Assembly (NCBI RefSeq): GCF_009914755.1
Contig: NC_060929.1
DNA length: 64,000 nt
Strand: one strand, 5' to 3'
Origin: the human T2T-CHM13v2.0 reference genome, Homo sapiens
Numbering within the stretch: the first letter of the stretch is position 1; each line of letters opens with the position of its first letter. Shown one piece after another: positions 42,731 to 57,164 of the stretch. Below the pieces are notes generated by a model that was not told where the DNA came from, did no database searches, and was given only the letters and a program-made list of their open reading frames with translations. The position numbers and the translations under genes were made by a program.

Positions 42731-43685
42731 TCAAAAAAAGTTTAAAAATTTTTTTAACCTGCTTTATCATTTTACCAAGTATGAACTCAAGGGATTACTA
42801 TTACTGAACGCCTACATTTTAGTAGTGCCATAGACTGTTTAAATTCTTTTCAAATCATTTGTATGAATGGTTAACAAAATGTAATTGAAAAGGGTAGAAT
42901 AAGCCTTGGTTTTACTATTTTATATTTTTGGTGCTAAGTATATCATGGCCTGGCCAATCTAAACTGAAACTCATATGTAGTCTCTCTAAACTAAGTTTGC
43001 AACAGGAGCATATTTTTTTTAAAAAGTGTCTATATAGGAAACATAGGTTTCAAATTAGAATTACAAATATAAGTATGGGAGAAATCTATGCATAAAATAA
43101 TAAAATTTAAGAGTCAAAAGAAAAAAATTAGGAGTTTTATCACTTAATGTATTTACCTATATCTCTAACTCTACAACTAGGTCCAGCTCCATGTATGAAT
43201 AAAAGAATATCTACCTGGATACAGCCTCCAAGTTGCTATAATTTCTTTCCACCTCCAGCTATTATTAGCAACGGTAGAAAGAACTCTTTTAAAGAATACC
43301 TAGTAATTAACTAAAAGTCGCAGTTCAGATTAAATTCTTCTCTACTCTTTCTGTTAGATGAAGTTAACAAAGGGCTTTGAAACCTTCTATGCCTCCTGTA
43401 GCCATTCAGTTGTTCTCACAATCACACCATAAACTTTGGAGCCTGTTTACAGACAAGAAAAGTGTTCTCCATTTGCAAGGAAACAGGTCATGAAATAGAA
43501 GAAACATTCTTAACAACCACGAAAGTAGACATAAGAAGAACAGGCCACCATTAGTTATTTTGAGGAAAGCACACATCTACCTGATGGTAATGTCTTAAAG
43601 AACTGTTAGAGAATAGGTTTTGTTTTTATGATGATAAGAGTGTGGTTAGTCTATGTTTGACTTATATCTGTCTGGTGATTAATAG

Positions 43686-43873
43686 GTACATACCAGTTTA
43701 AAACTCCTGAATCTTCTCCACCGGGGACACCAATTGGCAGAATCAAAGCCAGCGACGCTGATGTGGGAGAAAATGCTGAAATTGAGTACAGCATCACAGA
43801 CGGTGAGGGGCTGGATATGTTTGATGTCATCACCGACCAGGAAACCCAGGAAGGGATTATAACTGTCAAAAAG
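43686..43873 (+). CDS. CDH6: CDH6 exon 6 (EC3): (S)[62 protein letters not shown]
   Basis: Acceptor attaatag|GTACAT, donor AAG|GTAATG; 188 nt. Confidence 0.95.
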
Positions 43874-43986
43874 GTAATGCCGCTTCTTAAACACCATACA
43901 GAGTGAACCCATTTACTTTTCTCCAGTTCCTAAGTTACCAGGGGCAATTATATCTCACATAAACATTCCTTTAGATTTTTATTTTA

Positions 43987-44568
<582 letters not shown>

Positions 44569-44729
44569 CTAATGACACTGAGATCTCTTGGGTTGGCTTT
44601 CAGGAACCTAAAATGATATGCATTCATGTTAATTCTATACATCCAATGAATTTTTATTAAGAACCTCCTAAGTAAATAAGTAATATAAACAAATGATATT
44701 CGTAAAAATATATAAAGTAAATACTTTAA

Positions 44730-44930
44730 ATGAACAGTAAATAAACAGTGCCAGACATTGCTCTAGGTGCTGGAGGTGCACTGGTACATACAACAGATGT
44801 TCTCTGCCCTCATGATACTTCCAGTCTAGGGGGAAAGAGACAAGGAGCCAAGTAAACAAACAAACAAACAAATATACAACTACAAATTGTGATGCATACT
44901 GTGAAGGAAGAGAGTACAGCAAGCAGTGAT
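44730..44930 (-). mobile_element. L2 3' fragment
   Basis: gtgccagacattgctctaggtgctgg...ctgccctcatg..cttccagtctagggg. Confidence 0.65.
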
Positions 44931-44970
44931 CAAGATGACTTGCATCACAAAAAGAGGATGTATAAAGACC

Positions 44971-45016
44971 ACAAGTTTAAATTAAATACCATAACAAATT
45001 TAAATTAAATACCATA
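44971..45016. repeat. 23-bp tandem duplication
   Basis: acaaGtttaaattaaataccata acaaAtttaaattaaataccata. Confidence 0.85.
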
Positions 45017-45978
45017 AATTTCCTGGTACCTCTTTAGCTACTTTTTGGAACACAACAATAAATCTTTTGTGTTCTGATTTCTATTTTTTTCCAAAGTACT
45101 GGTTCATTATTTTATCCCCCAAATTGTGTAGCACCACAGAGCAGCATACAAAAATACGGCAAAAATTAAAAACCAATGAATTGTATGCTTCAAGACTAAA
45201 AATATTAATTTTGGCTAACTTCTTATGATTTCACTTTTATCATGTATGGTGTAATATTTTCTCTCTCCTTTAGCATACTATAATCTTTTCTGGTAAATAA
45301 AAGCATCGGTGGATGTAAATAACAAGAGATTTTTTTTTCCTCCCAAGCTTTGGATTACGTGTCTTAATATCTGGAAACACAATAAAACATGTTTAAGTGA
45401 CACTCAGACTAATGTTTTAAACTATAATATAATTAGGAAGCCCATTAGTGTGCATTAACCTTTTTAATTTTCTTGGTGCCTTATCAGATTCGAACTGAAA
45501 TTTTGCCTAGACGACTAAATCACATTCACCAACGTCTAGATTAATTGTGTTTCTAGTGAGCCTTGTCATATTATCATCTAAAACTAAAAGTCAGCAATAA
45601 GCATTTGGGTTCACCATGTCTCCAAAAGCAGACCTACTTTTCCTAAAGACCCTTGACAACAATGATCACTACTTTCTTTGACAAATAATTAGCCCAATGC
45701 CCTTTTCAGGATACCATTTGGAATATTTCATTACCTCATGCAAAAAACAACAACAACAAAAAAAAAAAACTTTAATCTGTGTTGTCTGAATGATGATGAG
45801 GGATTCACAATGCAAACCTGTGGCTCTCAATTCTGGCTGCACCACAGAATCACCGGGGGAAGTGTTTAATAATGTAGATATTAATCTGCACGCCCAGATA
45901 TGTTGGTTTAATGGTCCACGCTGGGGCCAAGACATTGGCCAGTTTTAAACACTCATCAGTGCAATTAAAGCCAGATAT

Positions 45979-46392
<414 letters not shown>

Positions 46393-46747
46393 CTACCAGA
46401 CTCCTGCTTCCAAGTGCCCTTCCTGCCTGGTATGATGCCTTGTACCTCACTACCCACTTTTAAGTCAACAGCAGGCATGGTCTCAGCCCATACATTTTTC
46501 AGGGCTGTGTGGCTTCTGAACTCCTTCACAAACTTTATAATCGTTTCCTGCCTAACAGCCTAGATATAAGAAAAAAAATTACATCTTATCTTTTCTCCCT
46601 TTGCCCAATATCACACAAATGTGTTTCTCTAAGCAATATGATCGCATTCATTTATCAGTGGTTTACACCAAAAATGTTTCGTGTCTTGGCTTTCTGTGTC
46701 TTGGCTGCTTTAAATATGTCACTTCTTCCCCCACCCCCAACCTCAAG

Positions 46748-47001
46748 CTCTTGGACTTTGAAAAGAAGAAAGTGTATACCCTTAAAGTGGAAGCCTCCAA
46801 TCCTTATGTTGAGCCACGATTTCTCTACTTGGGGCCTTTCAAAGATTCAGCCACGGTTAGAATTGTGGTGGAGGATGTAGATGAGCCACCTGTCTTCAGC
46901 AAACTGGCCTACATCTTACAAATAAGAGAAGATGCTCAGATAAACACCACAATAGGCTCCGTCACAGCCCAAGATCCAGATGCTGCCAGGAATCCTGTCA
47001 A
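46748..47001 (+). CDS. CDH6: CDH6 exon 7 (EC3/EC4): LLDFEKKKVYTLKVEASNPYVEPRFLYLGPFKDSATVRIVVEDVDEPPVF...AQDPDAARNPV
   Basis: Lies within ORF 46601..47005; acceptor cctcaag|CTCTTG, donor AA|GTAAGC; 254 nt. Confidence 0.95.
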
Positions 47002-47189
47002 GTAAGCACACTTCTGCGACATGTCTCTTTCATAAGCTTCAGTCAATTTATATTCAAATATCTGCCTGCACTTGAGAAAAGATGAATCCCTTTTGTTCCA
47101 ATTAGACAACTGTGTTTTCCTGAAAAAACTATTCTAAACAGCACCTTTAACTCTCTTTGCTCACTGCATAAATATTATTTTGGCAGAAG

Positions 47190-47501
47190 TACAGTAGTCC
47201 CTTTTTATCCCTGGGGGATTGGTTCCAGGCCCACCCCCATATTAAAATTCACAAATCCGGAAGTTCCTTATAGGAAATGACACAGATTTGCAAATAACCA
47301 AAGCTCATCCTCCCCCATACTTTAAGTCATTTCTAGATTACTTATAGTACCAATTCAATGTAAATTCTATGTAAATAGTTATTATCTTGATGTTTTTATT
47401 TGTAGTTTTTTTATTGTTTGCTTTTTGTTTTTTCCAAACATTTTTTATTTCCAGTTGGTTGAATCCACATTTGCAGAACCTGTGGATACACAGGGCTGAC
47501 T
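47190..47501. mobile_element. MER2 (TcMar-Tigger) element
   Basis: tacagtagtccct..tatcc..ggggattggttccagg ... tggttgaatccac..gcagaacctgtggatac.cagggctgactg. Confidence 0.82.
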
Positions 47502-48062
47502 GAATAAACCTTAAAAAAACACAAATTTGGGAAGGAAAACAAGCTATAAGGAGTTTACTGCTTAAGTAGAAGTAGTATAAGGTGATGCAGCTGAATAACC
47601 TGGGATTATTTTTCAAGATTTGAGATTTTTTTAAGTGTAAGATTTGTCAAAGAGTGGCATAGAAAAAGTATGATTTTTAACAAATCAAGCACTGAGCTTG
47701 ACAGCCTGTTTTTCAAGTGTAGAAAAACCTATCATGTAACACTTAAAAGACAGAATTATCCTCCATTCGGATGGTTTTTCCTTTTGTAGATGTAGATAAA
47801 AACAAGAATCATTTCATGATATACGTCTGTGAAATCCTAGGGAAATTAATACAACAGAGTCCAAATGTATGCTACGTAAACTAATTCTGTTTTCCCTGTG
47901 CTTTCCTTACACCTTAGTTGTAAATCATGTTGCAGTAAGGCCTTATTGCTCTTTGGGACCACTGATGCTTCAGTATTCTCGGATCTTAACAGGAAAATGC
48001 TGGAGTCAACCAACCTCCAGCCTTCAGCCAGTAGCTTAGTTGACTAAATGAGAAAAGTGCTA

Positions 48063-48143
48063 GCTGGGCACGGTGGCTCACGCCTGTAATCCCAGCACTT
48101 TGGGAGGCCAAGGTGGGCAGATCACTTGAGGTCAGGAGTTCAA
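48063..48143 (+). mobile_element. 3'-truncated, tailless Alu (5' ~80 nt) with target-site duplication
   Basis: agaaaagtgctag at 48051-48063 and 48143-48155 flanks gctgggcacggtggctcacgcc...aggagttca. Confidence 0.9.
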
Positions 48144-48264
48144 GAAAAGTGCTAGACCAGAATAGCATTGTGTCAATTACTCCCCATAAACAAAGTAAGC
48201 ACACTGAAAAACTAGAGAAACTCTTGCCAATGAGTTCACAAATAGATTCTGGTCAAGGTGCCAG

Positions 48265-48845
48265 CCAAGTGCCAGGTACATTCTAGGCACTAGGGAATAC
48301 AGCCCTCATCCCATGAAGCTTACATTCTAATTGGGGCAAGCAGAAATAGACAAACAGTAAATATGTAATACGTCAGGCAAAAGTAAATTTTAAGTGGAAA
48401 ATAAGGCAGAATAAGGAAATAAAGAGCACCTGGAGTACTATTTTAGATAATGGGGTCAGATTTGACATTCTTGGTAGGGGACCATTTAGTAAAGATTTGA
48501 ATGAAATTAAAGGGCGAACCATGTTGATGCTGGGGGAAGAACATTCCAAGAAGAGAGAAAAGCAAGGGTAAGTCTGATACCAGAGCTTGCTTGACAGTTG
48601 AAAGAACAGCGAGGAGGCCTCCGCAGCTGGAAGAGAGTGAGAGAGGGAGGCGAGGTCAGATATGAGGCCCCAGAGAGGTTTGATAGCTGATGAGGAGTGT
48701 AGCAGGTCCTGTAGGGCTTTGTAGTTGATGGTAAAGACTGGATTTTATTCTGATTGAGATGAGAAGCCACTGGAAACCTTTGAGTATAAGAGTTAACTAA
48801 TCTAAAACTCCGTTTTAAAAGGATAACACTAGCTGCTACGTGAAG
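48265..48845 (-). mobile_element. L2 LINE fragment
   Basis: gtgccaggtacattctaggcactaggga..catgaagcttacattcta...ggattttattctg..tgagatgagaagccactgg. Confidence 0.75.
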
Positions 48846-49145
48846 AATATTATTGCAGATAAAAGAATGTGGGGCTCTAAGGCAGCAGTCATTTTCTTAC
48901 TTTTTCCCAGTTGAGCCTTTGTTCAAATGAAACCTTATGACAAGCCCCACATCTCAAACACAAAAATTCCTGGCTTACTTTCAGGGAACAATTTTAAATC
49001 ACTGGGCAAATAAACTCTTGTTTTAGCATCCTACTGGAATATCTACAAGACACTTTGAATTGGGCTGTGGTCAGCCATGTGAGCTCCATGGACCAAGTGT
49101 TTCTCCACATACATTTAATATTGTTAATAAGGAAATGAATGTGGT

Positions 49146-49190
49146 TTTCACTAATATAGCTTTCACTAGTATAGTTTTCACTAATATATG
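49146..49190. repeat. 15-bp tandem repeat, 3 copies
   Basis: tttcactaatatagc tttcactagtatagt tttcactaatatatg. Confidence 0.85.
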
Positions 49191-51202
49191 TGTAAGTATT
49201 TTCACAACTACTCCCTCTTGGAGTTTGTTGTAACTGCATAAGGAAAAAAATCTTAGCAAGTAAGTATCAAATTCAATTTGAAAGTGTTAATGCTAGAAGT
49301 TTACAAATATGAGCTTTGGTTATCTCCTTGATAGATCAACTTTTTTTTAATTAAAAGAGAGAATGTTTTGCGAATTCAGGCAATATATTTCCATATCTAT
49401 ATTACTTTTCATACCAAATACCATTTTTACCCACTGCATTATTTTCTGTTTTATGAAAGAAAGTAGTTAGCTTGTCAGATTATGTTGGCTGTCAGCTAAT
49501 TTTTAAGTTTTTTGCTGCCAGCCTTTCCTTGGTACATATGGATTTGATACGTAGATATAGATTTAAGACTAGAAATACTTATAGATATATTGGTATATAA
49601 ATGGTATTCCAGTGCCCTTTTATAGGATAAAATTCATTCTTATATTAGAAAAATCCATTCATACATAATTTTTGATTATTCAAGACATAAATGTTGAACA
49701 ACTAAGTGCTAGACAATATGGTAGGTGCAAAATTAACACTAGAAAATTCTTCCCCAGAGCACTGATTTATCATTACACAAGCACAAATCTTTAATTCTTT
49801 AATCACATAAAATTATTTTCTTCTAATAACTTCATCTCAAATTCCCTTTGGTTTCTGTGAAAGAATCTTATAATATGTCACTATACATACAAATTATGAA
49901 AAATTTATGCAAACATACATCCTTTTCAGGAAGAACCACAAATCTTCCTGACTTGAGGATACATTAGAAGGCAAATTATTTAATCACAGAATACAATGAA
50001 GTCCTGAAAAAAAAAAAAAGAGCTACCTAGCAGAAGGATCTGCTATGATCATGATGGGATTTTATCTTGTTTCTTATCAGTGATAATTACAATTAATGTG
50101 ACTGGACAATAAATATCCTTGATATAAATTTAAATTACCTTGGAAGGAAAAAACAACAAACAAGCAAGGCTTGTGTACAAGCAACTTTCCTGAATGATGT
50201 GGGCATTTTAGATTTTCTATTAATTTTTAAATGTCCCAATAAAAGGAAAAAATACAATTTTCCTATTTCCTAAATAGTTACTATCTCTTTCAAATTGAAA
50301 GCTGCCTTCAACTAAAAATTCTCACCTCTTACCCTTTATGTCAAGGTTTGATAGGAAAATATAATTACTTGTAAAATTTAAAACTACAATGGGGGAAAAG
50401 ACACAAAGAATAAAACAAGATTATTGCTGTATATTATTGTAACAGCTTACAGAAGCAGCACATCTTAAGCTTAGCATTTTCCATGAGAAAAAATATATAT
50501 CTAGATAATTATTAAATTTCTTATGAAGTCTATGAATATTGAGATTTCCTTTTTGTAATTAACGATGTGCTATAAATATTTATCATTCTCAAATTTAAAA
50601 TAAGAAATGATCAAGTAAGTACAATGCTGTTGCCTGAATTCTTAATAAATATTGATTCATGACATAAATGGCAAAACAATAGCTGTTTCATTTGTTTCAA
50701 CCCTTTTGATAATAAAAACATAAGTTTATGTACATTGAAACTGAAACTCCAATTCAACTTGATATTATACCCATTGTGAACTTCATTAATTCTCTTTAAA
50801 ATCAGGTTTAAATGGCCTGTGATAATTGAATATCTATTTCATTTAGACACTCACTAGATAACAAAAATAAATTTTATGAAGATAAAATATATTGTTCATT
50901 ATAATTCACTACTTGTGTTTTAAACCAAAATAATACATTCAAGTAGAATCTTGGGTGCAGTAAACTATGGCAAGTTAGTTACAAGGGTTTATTTTTCTTA
51001 GAGCACCCATAATAATTCCACGTATATCTGCCTAGTCAGGTCATTTACTTATATTGAATTTCTACTGAGGCAATGTTTTTAACCTCATAAAGTTTTAAAA
51101 ATCCAGCTGAAATGGGCAGTTTTTTTTTCTAATGGCCTTAACATATCAACTTTCTTCAGTTTTCTCTGTAATACCCCACCCCCACCCTGCTCATAAACAT
51201 AG

Positions 51203-53479
51203 TGTATTAGTCCATTTTTAAACTGCTATAAAGAACTACCTGAGACTTAGTCATTCATGAAAAGGTTTAATTGACTCCCATTTCCACAGGCTGTACAGGA
51301 AGCATGGCCGAGAGGCCTCAGGAAACTTACAATCATAGCAGAAGGAGAAGAGGGAAAGGAAGGGGAAAGTGCCACACACTTTTGAACCATCAGATCTCAT
51401 GAGAACTCACTCACTATCACAATAACAGCAAGGGGGAAGTCTGCCCCATGATTCAGTCACCTCCCACCAGGTGCCTCCTCTGACACATGGGGATTACAAT
51501 TTGAGATCAGATTTGGGTGGGGACACAGAGCCAAACCATATCATTCTTCCCTTGGCCCCTCCCAAATCTCATGTCCTTTTCACATTTCAAAACCAATCAT
51601 GCATTCCCAACAGTCCCCCAAAGTCTTAACTCATCCCAGCATTAACTCAAAAGTCCAAGTCCAAAGTTTCATCCAAGACAAGACAGATCCTTTCAGTCTA
51701 TGAGCCTGTAAAATAAAAAACAAGTTAGTTACTTCCATACAATGGGGTTACAGGTATTGGGTAAATGTTTCCACTCAAAAAGGGAGATATTGGCCAAAAC
51801 CAAGGGGCCACAGGCCCCATGCAAGACTGAAATCCAGCAGCGCAGTCGTTAAATCCTAAGGTTCCAAAATAATCTCCTTTGACTCCATGTCTCACCCCTA
51901 GGGCACACTGATAAAGGAGTGGGCTCCCATGGCCTTGGGCAGCTCCATTCCTGTGGCTCTGAAAGATACAGCCCCCGAGGCTGCTTTCATGGGCTGGCAT
52001 TAAGTGCCTGCAGCTTTCCCAGGCTCATGGTGCAAGCTATTGGTGGATCCACCATTCTGGGGTCTGGAAGAGAGTGGCCCCCTTCTCACAGCTCCACTAA
52101 GCAGTGCCCCAGTGTGGACTCTGTGTGGGGGCTCCAACCCCTCATTTTCCCTCCACACTGCTCCAGTAGAGGTACTCCATGATGTCTCCACCACTGCAGC
52201 AGATTTCTGCCTAAACATTCAGGCATTTCCATAAATCCTCTGAAATCTAGGTGGGGGTTCCCAAACCTCAACTTCTTGCCTTCTGCACAGCTTCAGGCCC
52301 AACACCATGTAGATGCCACCAAGCCTTGGGTCTTGCACCCTCTGAAGCCACAGCCTGAGCTGTACCCCAGAATGGTGGATCCACCAATAGCCACAGCTCG
52401 GGCTGGAGTGGCTGGAACACAGGATGCCATGTCCCAAGGCTGCACAGAGCAGCTAGGCCCTAGGCCTTGCCCATAAAACCATTTTTTTTCCTCCTATGCC
52501 TCTGGGCCTGTGAGGGAAGGGGCTGCCATCAAGGTCCCCGAAATGCCCTGGAGACATTTTCCCCCTTGTCCTGGCTATTAACATTCGGCTCCTCTTTAGT
52601 TAGGGAAATTTCTGCAGCAGGCTTGAATTCCTCCCCAGAAAATGGATCTTTCTTTTCTACCACATGGTCACCATTTTAAATATAAGTTCCAGTTTCACAT
52701 CATCTCTTTGTTCACACATATGAGCATACACTTTAAGAAACAGCCAGATCACTTCTTGAATGCTTTGCTGCTTAGAAACTTCTTCTGCCAAATATCCTAA
52801 ATCATCTCTCTCGAGTTCAAAGTTCCACAGATTCTAGCGTAGAGGCAAAACACCACCAGTCTCTTTGCTAGAGCAAAGCAAGAGTGACCTTTAATCCAGT
52901 TCCCAATAAGTTCCTCATGTCCCTCTGAGACCTCCTCAGCCTGGACTTCACTGTCCATATCATTGTCAGCATTTTGGTCAAAACCTTTCAACAAGTCTCT
53001 AGGAAGTTCCAGACTTTCCCACATCTTTCTTTCTTCTTCTGAACCCTCCAATCTGTTCCAACCTCTGCCTGTTACCCAGTTCCAAAGTTGCTTCCACATT
53101 TTCAGCTATCTTTATAGCAGTCCCCCACTTTCCTGGTACCAATTTTCTGTATTAGTTCATTCTCACACTGCTATAAAGAACTACCTGAGACTGCGTAATT
53201 TGTGAAGAAAAGAGGCTTAATTGACTCACAGTTCTACAGGCTGTACAGGAAGCGTGGCTAGGAGGCTGCAGAAAACTTGTAATCATGGCGAAATGTAAAG
53301 GGGAAGCACTACACTTTTAAACCATCAGATCTCATGAGAATTCACTCACTATCACAAGATCAGCAAGGGAGAAGTCTGCCCCCATGATACAATCACCTCC
53401 CATCACGCCCCTCCTTTGACACATGGGGATTACAATTCGAGATTAGATTTGGGTGGGGACACAGAGCCAAACCATATCA
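51203..53479 (-). mobile_element. Full-length MaLR provirus (MSTA/THE1D-like): LTR 51203-51543, internal 51544-53147, LTR 53148-53479
   Basis: Both LTRs run tgtattagt...gacacagagccaaaccatatca; 5-bp TSD CATAG (51198-51202 and 53480-53484); the internal part translates to decayed MaLR-int peptides (WKQLWNWVTGRGW..EGSEEERKMWESLELPRDLL). Confidence 0.93.
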
Positions 53480-54003
53480 CATAGCTATTCTAAAAACTAG
53501 TAATACATTTACAAATAAGACAACATTTCTCAAAATCCACTAGTCTTCCATCAGTATTAGGGTTGGAATGTTTGGTTTCCAAATGCTTCTCTTGGTTTCC
53601 CTCAAATTTATTCAAACTCTCCTTCTTAAATATTTATCAAGTTCCTAGTCTGTTCCAGGCACCACTGTGGTCTCCCACTGATTTAAGTGATGTAAGTGAT
53701 TCTGTCTTTAGTGTTTTTCTTCCTCCACTGGACATTGTTTTCTTAGACAGCTGAATAGGAAATCTGGGATCAGTCCAGATCTTAATCTAGAGCTTCAGAC
53801 TAGATATCTCTTCCTGAACTTTTCTCAGGCACCTCAGCTTCAGCATAGCAAAAATGGAACTTACCCATCTTCCCCGAATCCTGTTTTTCACTCCTTTTTT
53901 CTCTGTTTGTGGCAGCACCGTTCAACCATTCTCCTCAATTCAACCAGTGATCTTTATTAACAATGATTTAGATTGTGGCATTCCCCTGCTTAAAACCTTT
54001 TGT

Positions 54004-54333
<330 letters not shown>

Positions 54334-54532
54334 CTAGAATAAATTCCAACTCCTTATCACAGCCTTCTTCTGCAGTCTAGACTCTGGCTCTCTCACCAAT
54401 GTCATCTCCTATCTCCTTCTTCTGCCTCACTAACCTTGGCCACACTAGCCATCTTTTGCTTATTTCAACAGATGATTTTTAAAATTAAATGGAAAGTAGA
54501 AAAATAACCAAAACCCTACATATGCATACAAG

Positions 54533-54560
54533 CACACACACACACACACACACACACACA
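54533..54560. repeat. (CA)n microsatellite
   Basis: About 14 CA units. Confidence 0.9.
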
Positions 54561-54906
54561 TTAAAGTTCTCAGGTTGTAAAAACTTGAGTTAAAAATGAA
54601 ACAATTACTATATAAACTTGATCCAAATTTATACATATTAGAAAAGAAAATTTAATGGTGATCTTCAAAGTCATGCAACTTGTCTAGTGAGTTTACTATT
54701 AAGACCTCCATTGTGAAGAACTAATTTCTCAAAATATTTTACTTAATGTCAGGTTGTAGATATTCAAATATGCACTAGAGATGGAAAAAAATTTATGCCA
54801 CAGATACTCTGGGATATGATGTGTACCAGATGTTTTATGATGTTCTATGATGTGAGAATAGGAAATAGAAAGAAAAGCCTTTCTTAATTCCACTCTGCAT
54901 TTTCAG

Positions 54907-55043
54907 GTACTCTGTAGATCGACACACAGATATGGACAGAATATTCAACATTGATTCTGGAAATGGTTCGATTTTTACATCGAAACTTCTTGACCGAGAA
55001 ACACTGCTATGGCACAACATTACAGTGATAGCAACAGAGATCA
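54907..55043 (+). CDS. CDH6: CDH6 exon 8 (EC4): [45 protein letters not shown]
   Basis: Acceptor cattttcag|GTAC, donor TCA|GTAAGT; 137 nt. Confidence 0.95.
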
Positions 55044-55736
55044 GTAAGTCCTACCTAATACCGCTGCTGTCCCCTATTAATAGACTGAGTGTCCCAGCAA
55101 GGGCTGGTGGAGCGTAGCTTGTCACCATGTATTGACAATCCCACTTGATATATATTGAGGGAAAAAGCCCTGGAGTGGTTTGCAGTAATGTTTCTTCTAG
55201 ATATACATTGGCTCACACATAAATGGAGAGGCAACCATGGAAGTTCTGTGGTTTGGAAACAATAAAATGGGAATGTATCTCACAAATGAGATTGAATTGG
55301 TACTCGGTGGATTTAATTCCAAAAAAGCTTATAAATTAGAACATTACATAAACAGCTGAAAAAAACAGACTCTCAGTCAGACACTGTGTGTGGGGGCAAA
55401 AGATGAGAGGGGTCAAGTATATTGTAAAATGTGGGCATTGTTTAGAAAATTTTAGATATCAATTCTCTAGCTTACTATAGAATTTTTATTTCAAAGTCTT
55501 TACAGAATTAAGAGAGATAAATTATCACTTTTCTATGGTATACCAAAGTGAGTAATACAAACCATCAAGTAATCAGTAAAATGATTAGAATGAATTTTAT
55601 GGTAGCCCCCATGAAATTGAAGGCAAAGAACAATAGTGCCAAAAGAATGCTTCAAATAAAATGATTACACACAATGAAAACTAATGTAGATGGTCAATAC
55701 AATGTGCAGGCTGAAGAACATAAGTGAAAAATGATC

Positions 55737-55914
55737 TTTTTTTAATTTTTTTATTATACTTAAGTTCTAGGGTACATGTGCACAATGTGCAGGTTTGTTA
55801 CATATGTATACCTGTGCCATGTTGGTGTGCTGCACCCATTAACTCGTCATTTACATTAGGTATATCTCCTAATGCTATCCCTCCCCCCTCCCCCCACCCC
55901 ACAACAGGCCCCGG
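55737..55914 (-). mobile_element. Young L1PA 3' end, 5'-truncated (~180 bp)
   Basis: ttattatactttaagttctagggtacatgtgcacaatgtgcagg...ctcccccctccccccaccccacaacaggccccgg. Confidence 0.92.
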
Positions 55915-56614
55915 TTAAAATAGAATTTCAATGTTTAAAACTAGGCTTCTAAATTACAGCTCACTTTTTAGTGTTTGTGTTTAATTTTAAAAGTTCTAAA
56001 CATTTTTAGCTCACTTTGGGTATCTAGTGTGAAATAGTCCATATCGAATAGTTTATTACATTTGTATTCTCTGTCAATATAACTCATGAGATTTGAAGTG
56101 ACTAAAGGATATTTGGTAGAATAGTAACCAATATGGGCAAAATGAAGCATTGCTTTTAGATAGTGATAAGGACAGCACATTAGAAATTAGTTAGGTAGGA
56201 ATTTGCTCTTCAGAATTTTTCAAGATTTATCTTGAAGTTCATGTTAATTTATGTTATGGGACTGATGTAGATACCAAAGACAGAGCATCTTTAAAGTTTT
56301 AAAATTATAAATTTATTTCCCACTGAAAATGACCATTTTTCCTAAGACAATGAAATTTTATTTTTTACCAAAGCAGTCATTTCATAAGTATTTTAATCTT
56401 TGTGCCTTAAAAAAAGTTTTTAAGATTTAATGTTTCTATGACACATTTGAAAGTATTGGTGACTATCTCTTGAAAGTTAATATTCAGCTGCTCTAACTTT
56501 CAAAGAATAATATGAGTAAAATTTTAGACATTTTAAAGAATCTTACTGTCTAATCTTCTTAACAACCTTTGATATAACAGAAACCAAAAGCTTGTGTAAA
56601 ACCAGCTCCCACTC

Positions 56615-57005
56615 ACCTCGGGGCCTTTGCATATACTGATTCCTCGACCTGAAGAGCCAGAAATATTCACATGGCTTAAACCTTCTCTTCATTCATGTCT
56701 CTGGGCAAATGATATCTCATCAGAGAAGCAGTCCTTGGTCATCATTCTAAGTAACACCTCTATTTCTCTCAATCCTTTTTCCCTACTTAATTTCTCTATA
56801 GCACTTACCATCTGACACATTATATATTTATGAGTTTATGGTTTGTCCATCCCCATTACAATAAAGCTCCAGGAAACAGGATCTTTGTTATGTTTCCTAC
56901 GTGCCCCAACATCGCAAATAGAGGCTGCTATATATTAGGTATTAGATGCTCACTAAATAATTACAAAGTGAAAAAACAAATAGACATACAAGTGAAGTAA
57001 ATGAA
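56615..57005 (+). mobile_element. L2 3' fragment
   Basis: gggcctttgca...tagcacttaccatctgaca...taaagctccaggaaacagga...gctcactaaata. Confidence 0.65.
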
Positions 57006-57164
57006 GAGAGGTGAGGTGATAGATTCTAACTCCTGATCCTTACACTAGAAATCTGTCTTCCATACTGTGCTAGAAGATTATCACAGAAGGCAACCAAAAT
57101 ACTTCATTTATCTCAGGTCTGCAAACATTGATTCCGCTTTATCATTAATTCCAAATGAACAGCC

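Noticed and set aside
46601-46747. In-frame upstream extension of exon 7 (also the ORF extensions around exons 5, 8 and 9)
   Set aside because: Intronic, not cadherin-like, and bounded by the real splice acceptors; no independent support.
51725-53205. Cluster of overlapping 60-100 aa ORFs
   Set aside because: Fragments of the decayed MaLR internal region; no continuous frame.
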